Shown: positions 1 through 10,981 of the stretch, one piece after another | Layout: each line of letters opens with the position of its first letter | Position numbering within the stretch: the first letter of the stretch is position 1 | Source of the DNA: an uncultured Thermoleophilia bacterium | GTDB taxonomy: Bacteria > Actinomycetota > Thermoleophilia > UBA2241 | Assembly (NCBI GenBank): GCA_963715985.1 | Contig: CAVQSP010000011.1 | Coordinates: 128,001 to 192,000 of the forward strand | Reading direction: 5' to 3' | DNA length: 64,000 bases | The notes under the pieces: generated by a model | What the model was told of the DNA's origin: nothing | What the model saw: only the letters and a program-made list of their open reading frames with translations | Databases searched by the model: none | Position numbers and translations under genes: made by a program

Positions 1-370
1 CGTTCTCGCGCCACGGGATCACGAAGCAGCGCACGTCCACGTCGGGGAACGCGTTCTCGAGGAGGGAGCGCACGCGCTGCAGATCGCGCGCCAGCAGCTC
101 GCGCTGATCGAAACCGAGCCCGCCCAGCGCGCGCTCGTAGGCGGCGCAGTCCTGATGCGAGACGAGGTAGATGGTGCGGATGCCGTGCACGTCCATCTGC
201 GTGCGCACGCAGTCCAGAGCCACGCGGCGCTCGTTGCCCGGCCGCGTGAGCACCAGCGGCCCGCCCGGCACGAGCAGGCGGTCGGCGCCGGGCTCGCCCT
301 CCTGCTCCTGAAGAGCGGCAAGGGCGTCGGCCACACGGCCGTCGCTACAGGCGATGAAGAGCGCGTTCAC
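1..370 (-). CDS. beta-class carbonic anhydrase-like protein (3' end outside window; absent from ORF track)
   Basis: Manual translation from GTG at 370: MNALFIACSDGRV...LLVPGG...YLVSHQDCAAY; CxDxR and HxxC zinc motifs. Confidence 0.7.
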   Translation of the reverse strand, partial: MNALFIACSDGRVADALAALQEQEGEPGADRLLVPGGPLVLTRPGNERRVALDCVRTQMDVHGIRTIYLVSHQDCAAYERALGGLGFDQRELLARDLQRVRSLLENAFPDVDVRCFVIPWREN

Positions 371-526
371 GAGGCGGAAGTATGCCAGATGAGCGCGCCC
401 GGTACTACTCGGCTCGCAAGAGCCGGATGCGCCGCGGCCGCGGGACCGCGCTCTCTGCGGGCGCGTCTCCGGCGGGTCGGCCCGAATGGCCGCCGCCCCG
501 GGCCGTTGCTAGACTGAGGGCTCCGC

Positions 527-616
527 GGAGGGGTGGCAGAGCGGTTCATTGCACCGGTCTTGAAAACCGGCAACGGCGCAAGTCGTTCGTGGGTTCGAAT
601 CCCACCCCCTCCGCCA
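527..616 (+). tRNA. tRNA-Ser(TGA)
   Basis: GGAGGGG/CCCCTCC acceptor stem, CCGGT-CT-TGA-AA-ACCGG anticodon arm, long variable arm, GGTTCGAATC, CCA. Confidence 0.97.
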
Positions 617-698
617 TTTTGCAGGGGTTTTGTGTAGACCGACCGCGCCCCATCGGGCCTCGAGACCGCGAGCAGTCGCCCGTTGGTTGCCATCTCGT

Positions 699-1480
699 TC
701 AGTTCGTTCCGCGCCCAGCCTTGCTCATGGCCACCGCCAGAGCACCGTCCAGGAGCTTCACAGCCTCGTCCTGCATATCAGGAAGCACGTGCGAGTAGGT
801 GCCCAGCGTGATGCCGACGGTGGCATGGCCGAGGCGCTCCGAGACGACCTTCGGATGCACGCCCTGCCGCAGCAGCAGGGTCGCGTGCGTGTGACGGAGA
901 TCGTGGAACCGCACGTCTTTGCCCAGGGCCGTGACGGTCTTGCGCCAGCTGATCGAGAACTCGCTCGGTGACCAGGGCTGGCCCTCGTCCTCGCAGAGCA
1001 CGAGACCGCGGTCCTGGTACGCCGGTCCCTGTTCGAGGCGGCGAGCAGCCTGAGCGGCCTTGTGCTGCGTCAGAGCAGCAATCGTCGAGGGCATCAGCGA
1101 CACGGATCGCTGACCCTTCGCGGTCTTTGGAGCCTTGAACAGCAAGCCGGCGCCGGTCTCCTGAAGGTTCTGCCGCACGGCCAGTTTGCCGGCCTTGAGG
1201 TCGACATCCTGCCAGCGGAGGCCGAGGAGCTCGCCGCGCCGCATGCCAGTGCCGATGGCGAGGAGCGCCGGCAGGTGGAACCGCGTGCCTTCGAGTGCGC
1301 GCAGCAGCTCGGCACTGCCCGTCTCGTCGAGCACCCGAATGGGTTGACGAGCAGCGCGCGGCGGCCGCACAGCATCAGCCGGGTTCACCGTCAGCATCTG
1401 CCACCGCACAGCCTGGCGAAGAGACTCACGCAGTACGCGGTGATGATGGACCACCGTCTGCGCGGAGAGGCTGAGGCTCA
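699..1480 (-). pseudogene. tyrosine recombinase/integrase, N-terminally truncated
   Basis: TGMRRGELLGLRW, FHDLRHTHAT, RLGH...TYSHV catalytic motifs; integrase-like sequence begins only at LSAQTVVHHHRVL and no plausible start/RBS is present. Confidence 0.8.
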
Positions 1481-1623
1481 CAGCCTTCGGCTCCCCACCC
1501 AGCGCTTGGCAGTGATCGACCGTGACGAGTCGTCTCGTCGGGACCGCGTCGGCAACACCGGCTGCGACAGACGCGGGGGCCGGCACGTGCCGGCCCCCGC
1601 ATGACTCGGTCGTTGTTGCCAGA

Positions 1624-4600
1624 TCACCTGGAGACGTGCACGTAGCCGCCGCCGAGGACCGTCGTCGGATCGGCGTCGTCGGCCGCGCCGCCGTGCGAGT
1701 CGTAGATGAGTGCACCGTCCGCTTGCTTCCATATCTTGATGCGGAACGTCGACTTCCTCCCCGCGCCCGCCGCCTCGCCGTCGAGCGCGGAGACGAGGAA
1801 CCCGTAGGTGCCCTTACGGTTGATCCGCCCTGTGCCCTGGTAGACCACCTTAGGACCGGAGATGACCAGCGAGCTGCAGCTCGTCGAGGCGAAGTCGAGG
1901 CAGGCCGCCCAGAAGGTGAACTCGGTGGGCGCCATCCGCTCCCGGTCCTTCTTCGTCGAGTCGACGGAGAACTCGAAGCTAGCCTTGCCCTTGAGCGTCG
2001 GCTTGGCCGGGTAGGCACCGGCCGGCGACTCGATCCAGCCGCGGCCGACGGCGCTGCCCGTCGCGGTGGGCGCGGTCACCAGGCACTGCGCAGTGGCGCT
2101 GCCGACGCCGCCGTCCTTGTCGGTCACCGTGAGCGTCACGGTGTAGGCGCCGGCGGCGGCGTAGCTGTGCGAGCCGGCGACCCTGCCGGAGCCCTTGCTC
2201 TCGCTGAGCGTGGCGGGCGAACTGGTGCCGTCGCCCCAGGTCCAGACCGCGCTGTGCGTGTCGAGGGCGCCGGGGTCGCTGAAGGTCCCGCTCCAGGTGG
2301 TCTGGCTGCCGGGCGTGACGCTGCCCGCGCAAGCGCTGTTCAGCGCCACCGTGGGCGCCACGTTCAGGACGATGAGGTCGAAGCTGGCGGTCGCGAGCCC
2401 ACCCTTGCCGTCCTTCGTAGCGATCGTCACCTTCCGCGAGTCGGCGGGGCCGTCGCTCGTCTTCCAGCTCCACGCCCAGGTGCCGTCGGCCTTCTTCGTC
2501 ACGCAGCCGACCGAGGCGGAGAGGCTGACGGGGTCGTAGTCGGGGTCGCTCCAGGTGCCCGCGTTGGTGGCCGTCTGACCTTCGCCAACGCTCACAGAGG
2601 CGTTGGCCGCGGCGATCCCGGGCGGCCGGTTCGACGGCGGACTCACCTGGATCTGCGCGTAGAGCTCGGCGCCGCCACCGACGGCGATGCGCAGGCGGTA
2701 GATGCCGCTCACCAGCACCTTGGTGCTCAGGTTGTAGATGTACTGCTTGGCCTGCGTGTCGTAGCGGAACACGGTGCCGTCCTTCGGCGCCGAGGTCGAG
2801 GTGGGGTCGAAATCGGGGCCCCAGAGGTCACCCGTCATCAGCTTCGCCAGGTGCAACACCGGCGTGAGCGTGCTCAGCGGCTTGCCGCCGCTGTCGAAGA
2901 TCTGGAAATTGACGGGCGCGCTGCCCCCATCCACGACGCTGATCTTGGTGGGGCTCAACGGCGAGAGCACGCCGGCACTCGCGAAGGGCACGAGTAGCCG
3001 ACCGTCGTGGTCGTACCGTTGCAGGCCACGTCGATCGCCGTGACGGTGAAGCTCTTGGCGCCGAAGGTCGCAGTGTCGATCAGAGCGCCGCTGAGCACCG
3101 TGCCGACTGAGTAGCCACGCCTGAGTGGGCGTCCCGCACCGACCAGTCGGCGCTGACCGCCTGGCCCTTGAGGTAGGTGGCGCCCTCCTTCGGCATGATC
3201 AGGGTGATGACCGGCGGGGTGGTGTCCATGAGGACGATGGCCGGGCCGCCGGGATCGACGACCCTTGCGTCGGTCGTGAGCACGGCGTCGCCCCGTTGGC
3301 CGTCGATGTAGTGGAGCACGATCACCGTCCGATCGGCCTCGTGGGTGATTCCGGCGCCAGTGACGCCGTCGAACAGGAACTCATACCAATGGTTGACCGG
3401 ATACGCCGTGGTCGGCCCGTACTTCCAGTAGGAGTCGATCTCCGGGGTCAGCGGCAAGTAGTGAGTGACCGTGACCACCGCTCCCGTACCGACACCTTCG
3501 ACCGCATAGCTCATGAGGCCGTACGGCATCTCGATGGTGTCGGGTGGGTCTTCGGGCGGGACGATTGCCTCGACCTCGGTCAGGTGTGTCCCCGCCGGCG
3601 ATTCGACGGTCACGTACTGTCCGTCGACAGCATTCGGCAGCGATGCGACGTTGCCTTGGTCGCGGTCGGGTACGCCGTCGGCGTTGCCGTCACCGCTGTT
3701 GGGAGCTCCATCCTCGACAGGTCCGGCGATGCCGTCGGCGTCTTCGTCCGCGAAGGCGGCGTGGTGCTCGGCGATCTCTGCGTCGGAAAGGGCCCGGACG
3801 TGGACCGCCACCTCGTCGATGGTCCCACCGAGCATGGCTTCGAACTCGAACCACAAGGAGTGAGCGCCGATGGTGAGACTCTGCCCCCAGTCGGCATCGG
3901 GCCCGAAGCCGGCGTTGATGCCGGTTTGCTCAGTAGCCAATGCACCGTTGACATAGAGACGCGTAGCGAAGCCGTTGTACGTGCCGGCCAGGTGATACCA
4001 GTTGCCCGGCACCAGCACCGGATCGGACGCAATGCGTCGGGTCATGTTGGACGTGTCCACTGACCACCGGACCCGACCGTCGTCGGTCACGTCCAGGTAG
4101 TAGTTCCACCCATTCCTCGCCAAGATGTCGCCATTCTGCAGCACTGTGCCAGAGGAGCCCTCCGCGGGGAGCTCGTCGAGCATGACCCAGGCCTCGACCG
4201 TTACCGCATTGGTCGGGTAGAAGTCCGCGTGGTAGGGAACCGTCACCACATCGCCGATCCCGTCGAAGGACAGCGCCGAGCCCGACACCCCGGTCGTCCA
4301 CGTGGCCCCGACCACAGTGCCGTCATGCCCGCGGCCCGTAGCGTCGATAGCGGTCGTCCCCTGGCCTTCGTCGAAGGGCCAGGACGCCACCGTGGCCGAC
4401 CCGACCTCTACCGTGACGGTGTAGGCGGTGGTGCCGCCGTCCTTGTCGCGGATGCGGCCCGCCACGGTGCGGACGCCGCTCGCGGTGGTCGGGAAGGTCA
4501 CGGAGGCGGTGGGGCCGTAGGCGCCCAGGCCGGAGCCGTCGCCGCAGTCGAAGGCGTACCCGAAGCCGGCCGCGGTGTCGGCGGCCGAGGGGTCGGAGGG

Positions 4601-7600
4601 AGCCGACAGCTTCAGCACGATGTCTTGGCCGGCCACCACCGAGGCCGGTGCCTCGAAGGTGGCGGTCGGGGCGACGTTGGTGATGAGCGCCGTGGTCGTC
4701 GCGGTGCCGGTGGCGCCGTGCGTGTCGGTCACCCGCAGGGCGACCGGGTAGGTGCCGTTGTCGTCGTAGGTCCAGGCGGCGGTGGAGCCGACGGCGTCAT
4801 CGAAGATGCCGTCGGCGTCGAGGTCCCATGCGTAGGAGACGATCGAGTCGCCGCTCCCCTGGTCGGGGTCGCTCGAACCCCTGCCGTCGAGCATGACGGA
4901 CCCGCCCTCGGAGGCCGCGTAGGGGCCGCCTGCGTAGGCGATCGGCGGATGGTTCGGGGGCGTCACCTCCACGGTGGCCGAGTAGATGGTGGTGCCGCCG
5001 TCCTTGTCGCGGATGCGGCCCGCCACGGTGCGGACGCCGCTCGCGGTGGTCGGGAAGGTCACGGAGGCGGTGGGGCCGTAGGCGCCCAGGCCGGAGCCGT
5101 CGCCGCGGTCGAAGGCGTACCCGAAGCCGGCCGCGGTGTCGGCGAACGAGGGGTCGGAGGGAGCCGACAGCTTCAGCACGATGTCTTGGCCGGCCACCAC
5201 CGAGGCCGGTGCCTCGAAGGTGGCGGTCGGGGCGACGTTGGTGATGAGCGCCGTGGTCGTCGCGGTGCCGGTGGCGCCGTGCGTGTCGGTCACCCGCAGG
5301 GCGACCGGGTAGGTGCCGTTGTCGTCGTAGGTCCAGGCGGCGGTGGAGCCGACGGCGTCATCGAAGATGCCGTCGGCGTCGAGGTCCCATGCGTAGGAGA
5401 CGATACTGTCGCCGCTTGCGGCGTCGATGTCGAACGAATTGCGGCCTTCGAGCGCGAATGACCCGCCCTCGGCGGCGGTGTAGGGGCCGCCTGCGTAGGC
5501 GATCGGCGGGTTGTTCGGCGGCGGAGTGACCGTGATCGTCACCGTGGCGGTGGCGCGCTGGCCGAGGGCGTCGACGGCGGCGTAGGTGAAGGCGTCCATG
5601 CCGGCGAACCCCGCCGCCGGGACGTAGGTGAACGAGCCGTCGGCGGCGAGGGAGAGCGTGCCGTGGGTGACGTCGTCGCCCAGCGCGGCGGTGAGCGGGC
5701 CGCCCTCGGGGTCGCTGTCGTTGCCGAGCACGCCGGGCGCGGGGACGGTCAGGCTGCCGGACTCCACCACGGTGTAGGCGTCGCCGGCGGCGAGGGGCGG
5801 GTCGTTGGCGAACTCGGCGTGGTGCTCGGCGATCTCGCTGGCGGACAGCGAGCGGGCGTGGATCGCCACCTCGTCGATGGCGCCGGCGAGCATCTGGCTG
5901 AGCGCGGAGCCGTAGTAGTAGGCGCCGATGGTGAGCGGGTAGCTCCGGCTGATGAGGGCGGCCGTGATGCCGGTCGCTTCGGCGGCGAGTTCCCCGTCCA
6001 CGTACAGGCGGGAGGCCGAGCGGTCGTACGTGCCGGCCAGGTGATACCAGCGGCCCGGCACGAGCGCCGTATCGGACGTGATCCTCCTGATCCCGTCACC
6101 CGTGAACAGCGACCACTGGACGTGGCCGCCCTCGATCGGGGACAGGTAGTAGCTCCACGTGCTGGCAACCCCGTTGCCGTTCAGCAGCACGGTGGCGCCA
6201 GTGCCGGCCGCGGGGAGCCTGTCGAGTTTCACCCAGGCTTCCGCGGTGACCGACTGGGTCGGCCAGAGGTCGGGGTGGTAGGGAGCGGTCACAACGTCGT
6301 TGACGCCGTCGAAGGACAGCGCCGAGCCCGACACCCCGGTCGTCCACGTGGACCCGACGACGGTACCGTTGTGGCCGCGGCCCGTAGCGTCGAACGCGGT
6401 CGTTCCCTCGCCTTCGTCAAAGGACCAAGACGCCATCGTGAGCGACGCGACCGTGATCGTCACCGTGGCGGTGGCGCGCTGGCCGAGGGCGTCGACGGCG
6501 GCGTAGGTGAAGGCGTCCATGCCGGCGAACCCCGCCGCCGGGACATAGGTGAACGAGCCGTCGGCGGCGAGGGAGAGCGTGCCGTGGGTGACGTCGTCGC
6601 CCAGCGCGGCGGTGAGCGGGCCGCCCTCGGGGTCGCTGTCGTTGCCGAGCACGCCGGGCGCGGGGACGGTGAGGCTGCCGGACTCCACCACGGTGTAGGC
6701 GTCGCCGGCGGCGAGGGGCGGGTCGTTGGCCTCACGCTCGACCACGAACGGATCCCATCCTGAATCGGAGACGTCGTCCCAGCCAATCGGGGGCTTGTTC
6801 CAAATCCTGGCCGCGTCTTGGCCTCCATGGTAGTCGTTGGGCTCGTCGGGGAGCCATCCGGTGAAGGTGACCGGCTCGCCGCTCGCCCAGACCCATGTAC
6901 CTTCGATAGCACGGTCATTCATGCCGATGTAATACTCGGTCCCGAACGTGGCGATGAGCCAGCCGTTCTCGGCCGCGTCGCTGACCGTCACGAGATGGCC
7001 GCCGAGCGAGACCGCGTAGGCTTCGGCATCGGCCCAGGGCCTGCCGTCCTCGACGAACAGGTAGTCGTGGCCGGTGGCGGGGTTGTGCTGCCAGCCCTCG
7101 GGCCGCGGCACCTGCCAGGCGACCACCGTGGCGTTGCCATCGTCGTCGAACTGCGCGGCGCCTCCGGCGATGCCCGGCACGATGTCGACCGATGGCTCGT
7201 CGGGGCCACCGGCCACCGAGAAGTCCGCCATCCACTGACCGGAGGCGTCGGCGGTGATGTTGCGCTCCGCGCCGTCGATGACGTCGAAGAACAGGTGCAC
7301 CGCGCTGTCCGGCGTGGGCACCGTCCCAGACACGCGGTCGGCAGCGACGTCGACGGACGTGACCCGGAGGTCGATCACTATGTGTGACTTCGTCGTGGTC
7401 CCGTCAGTCACGCTGACCACGTCGCCCGCTTTGATTTCGTGCTGGACGTCGAACCAGCCGCCATAGCCCACGTCGGTCCACTCGACGGCGACGAACTCGG
7501 TCGCGTAGTCGGGCGACGGCGCGGTCAGGGGATCGTCGACCGTCACCGTGAGCGTGCTGTCGGCGGGCCAGAACTTCGCGAAGATGCCGGCAGCCCCCAC

Positions 7601-8716
7601 GCCGGGGTGCGCGTCGAACGACGGCAGTGGTGGCGCCTGCCAGCCGACATTCGTGCTGTCGCCGTCTTCATCGGCCTGCGCGGCAATGCCCGTCGTGCCC
7701 GGCACGATGTCGAGGACGGCCGAAAGATCGACTATCCAGGTGCCATCGCCTGCGGCGAAGGTGGAGAACCCCCCAGCAGCATCGTTCCACAGTGAGACCT
7801 CGGTGCCGGGCGAAGCCGTGCCGCGCACCACGTCCGCGGCTTGGTCGACCGAGATCACCGCAACGGCAGTCACGGTATGCGACTTGGTCGTGATCCCGTC
7901 CGTGACCGTGACCACATCACCCGGTTTGACCACGTAGTCGAACCAACGGCCGAACCCGTCTCCACCCACCGGATACTCCTCAGCGACGATACTCGTCGTG
8001 AAGTCCGGCGAGGCCGGAGTCGTCGGATCCTCGATCGTGAGCGCCAGCGTCTCTCCGGCGGTCCACCACTGGAAGTACACAAGGGTGCGCTCGGCGTCGC
8101 GGTGGACCTCGAACGCCGGGAGCTCCATGAGCTGCAGGTCGAAAGCGGTCTGGTCGCCGTCCGCGTCGCCGATGTTGGCCCCGACATGCGTATAGGGGGT
8201 GATGTCGACGCCGATGGCGCCGAAGTCGGCCGTCCAGTCCCCGTTGCCGTCCGAGGTGACCTCGAGGCCCGGAGTCTCATCCCCAACACCGGCGTCCACC
8301 CAGAACGTCGCGCTCGGCGGCGCGGTGCCCGTCACGGTGTCCTCGGCCGGCGAGAGCCCGTCGATGGAGAGGACCGCGAGGGTGAGCTCCCTGGTGGCCA
8401 GCCCCTCAGAGACCGAGATGCACATCCCGGGAACGAGGTCGACGCCCGGCACGGCCTCGAACCAGCCGACCGCGCCGACCAGCGCGGACCCCGAGTACAG
8501 GACCGTCCCGCCCGGCGCGTCCTTGACGACGACCGTCACCGTGGCGTACGGCGTGAAGCCGGGGCCGCTGATGGTGTCATAGCTGAGGTTGCCTTCGAAC
8601 GAAGCGTCCTCCAACTGCGCGGACGCAGCCGGCACGAAGATGAGGAGCGCGGCCAGTGCCGCCACGAACGCCAGAACGTGGAGCGCCCGGCCACCCGCAG
8701 ACCACCGAGTACGCAT
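1624..8716 (-). CDS. giant secreted multi-domain surface protein (signal peptide, Ig-like repeats, C-type lectin, 2x Big/cadherin-like, 2x LamG, several PKD domains); split by frameshifts near 3104 and 2992
   Basis: ATG at 8716 after GGAGGGGG; WADAEAYAVSLGGHLVTV...YIGMND...EPND (C-type lectin), WSFDEG...WYHLAGTY (LamG), SYAWDLDADG (PKD); restoring one G at each of two GG sites joins ORFs 3080..8821 and 1624..2991. Confidence 0.8.
4427..5404. repeat. near-identical intragenic duplication of a PKD-containing module (4427-4843 vs 4988-5404)
   Basis: Direct comparison, 561-bp offset, only a few substitutions. Confidence 0.9.
5528..6730. repeat. 282-bp intragenic repeat of a Big/cadherin-like domain (5528-5809 vs 6449-6730)
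   Basis: Identical peptide ANDPPLAAGDAYT...ATATVTITV; I see two synonymous differences. Confidence 0.9.
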
Positions 8717-9574
8717 CACAAACCCCCTCCTCGCAGCGAATACGCTGCGTCCCACCCGTCGCACGCCTGCATGCGCCCGTTCTCTCTCCCTCGCGACGTT
8801 TGGCCCCCGACACCGACCCAAGGCACCGTGCGCTGTACCTCAGAAATGCGAAGACCGGCCCGCGGGCCGGTCTCACCAGTGGCTCCCCGCCGGACCGCGG
8901 TGGCCGCAGTGTTACGTTCGGCGGATCACAGCCTCCCGTATTGAGCCTTGCTCATACCAGGAGTCTCGTATCTGGTCTTTCTACCCGCTGGAGAGGGGAG
9001 TACGCCGTTCAGGTACTGTCACGCCCGCAGTTGACCGGAGCGCCGCTTTCAGTCGGTCCTGACCGGACGCTCTGTACGTGTGGGCGTAGTCCCTGAACAC
9101 GGCGGCCGCTCGAGTTACGGAGAACCAAGACCCAGGAAGAACCGCTCTCTCGGGCGGTAATCTCGATTGCAGAGTCCCCACCGTTTTCTCACGCTCGACT
9201 GCATGCGCCGCGTCGCGCCGACCTCAAGCGTGAGCCTGGCCGCCCCGGGGGGGCATCCACCCGGCATCGTGGCTCCCCCGTGCAACACCGCGTCCGTCCG
9301 CGCCGCCCCTCCCGTCGATCCGCACCTCGAGAACCGGGTACGCGGCGCAAGCGGACGTGCACGCCCGACAGATTGCACCGGCCGGCCGAGGTACGTATGC
9401 CAGGCGCCGCTCCGCCAGGGTCCGGAATCCGGTTGCCATTTGGTTGCCCAGTTGCCTGCGGCTCGCTACGGCTGGTGACAGGTGGATGAGGAAGGAAATC
9501 GCCTTGAACAGGGCTTTCTTCTGCTGGAAGCGGATACCAGCGGGAGCCTGAGGAGCAGTCTCCCGAACCTGAAG

Positions 9575-9626
9575 AACCGGCAACGGCGCAAGTCGTTCGT
9601 GGGTTCGAATCCCACCCCCTCCGCCA
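9575..9626 (+). repeat. att site: copy of tRNA-Ser(TGA) 3' end
   Basis: Identical to 565-616; no 5' half. Confidence 0.93.
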
Positions 9627-9777
9627 GAACGCTGATCGAGCCCGTCTCCCTCCTCGGGCCCGCGCGAGCGGCCGATCTTCTGGACAAGGCCGGCTCGCTC
9701 TGCACGCCTCGTCTGGGTCCGCGCGGGCAAGTCGGCTGCACCGGCGCACCCGTGCCCGCAGAGGTTACAATCAGGCC

Positions 9778-10005
9778 ATGCTGACCGCGGCACTCTTCCT
9801 CGCCCTGGCCTTGGCGGTGTTCGTGGCCGCGACCGTCGTTGCCGTGGTGGTCATGGTCGCCGTGGGCGCGAGGCGCGGCACTCGCACCCCCAACGCGGTC
9901 GATGCCGCCACGGTGTCCCTCATCAGGCGTCGCTCCCGGAGACTCGGGCTGGCCGCAAGCACGCCGCCCGGTGACGGCGAGCCCGTCTCCCGAGGGGACT
10001 CCTAG
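9778..10005 (+). CDS. small membrane protein
   Basis: 75-aa ORF with N-terminal hydrophobic helix. Confidence 0.45.
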   Translation: MLTAALFLALALAVFVAATVVAVVVMVAVGARRGTRTPNAVDAATVSLIRRRSRRLGLAASTPPGDGEPVSRGDS

Positions 10006-10211
10006 CAGCGCCGTTCCGGCCGTCCCACTGCGGTGGGACGCTCGGCCTCCAGCTGCGGTACCCAAGGCGCCGAAGACCACGGCGAGACGAATCGGAAGCG
10101 CAGGCGAGCAGCTGACGGTCTCCAGTCGCGTCAGGTCACCTCCGATACCTGCCCTTCGGGACTCGTGCACTCTGCGCCGAGCCAGTACGTTCTGAGATCG
10201 GAGGGCGACCT

Positions 10212-10292
10212 ATGATCACGTGGATGCATCTGCTTCACGACCATCTGCAGTACCTCATGAGCTTCTTCTGCGGCGGGGTCGGCATGCGCTGA
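10212..10292 (+). CDS. putative 26-aa small protein MITWMHLLHDHLQYLMSFFCGGVGMR
   Basis: GGAGGG SD before ATG at 10212; downstream hairpin ~10346-10379. Confidence 0.35.
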   Translation: MITWMHLLHDHLQYLMSFFCGGVGMR

Positions 10293-10443
10293 GCGAAGCG
10301 CGCCGCGGCGGCTGCGGAGCGGCCCGCCGCGCGCGAGACCACCAGGCGGCCCGTTCGGCAGCTCGCTGAGGGGGCCGCCTCCTTCGTGCAGTGCGGTCTG
10401 GCCTGCCTGATCCCCGAAGCATCGGGCTGCGCAGGATCGCGGC

Positions 10444-10812
10444 TCATTCCTCCGGCGGGCGCGGGTAGAAGACCACCAGGAGGATCGGAGTCGCGATCGC
10501 GAGCACCAGCAGGATCCCCGCGGGAAGCAGCGCGTGGTCTTCAAAGACGACGCGGTACGCGATGGCCAGCGCGGAGAGCGCCGTGAAGACGATGAGCACC
10601 TGGACCATGAGGCGCTCACGCCACGGATCGCGGGAAGCCCTCAGCGCGCCGAGGCCCAGTGCGAGCAGCGCCGCGGCGAGCACCTTGCCCGACGTCGTGT
10701 CCGCCAGGTCGCCGGCGCTGCCCAGGGCGAAGGCGAGCGGGATGGCGATGACCACGGTGCCGACGGCGTACACCGCGAGCAGCAGCCTCGTCACCGTGTT
10801 CCGTTCGGGCAT
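10444..10812 (-). CDS. four-helix membrane protein
   Basis: GGAGG RBS, ATG at 10812, four hydrophobic segments. Confidence 0.7.
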   Translation of the reverse strand: MPERNTVTRLLLAVYAVGTVVIAIPLAFALGSAGDLADTTSGKVLAAALLALGLGALRASRDPWRERLMVQVLIVFTALSALAIAYRVVFEDHALLPAGILLVLAIATPILLVVFYPRPPEE

Positions 10813-10981
10813 CGTTTGCCTCCAGTCCGGCTCGGCCTGCACCGAGAGCGCCGACGGCAGGAGTCTATCGTCGCCGGAACGGCGACGGGGGCGGCGGGTC
10901 CTCAGACCCGCCGCCCCCGTCGCACATCAGCACTCGAGGCGGGCGGCCGGGCGCCTCAGCGCCTCGCGCCCGCGGCGACCG

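Larger units (their letters stand above)
565..9626. mobile_element. ~9 kb genomic island integrated in tRNA-Ser(TGA)
   Basis: 52-bp exact direct repeat of the tRNA 3' half (565-616 and 9575-9626); tyrosine integrase remnant next to the tRNA. Confidence 0.9.

Noticed and set aside
1481-2018. N-terminal extension of the integrase in the 439-aa ORF
   Set aside because: Low-complexity translation that overlaps the surface-protein gene in another frame; not integrase-like
4427-7090. Diversity-generating retroelement (lectin domain plus near-identical repeats)
   Set aside because: No reverse transcriptase in the window; repeat differences are not adenine-specific and lie outside the lectin domain
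9575-9626. Second tRNA-Ser gene
   Set aside because: Only the 3' half is present; it is an att repeat
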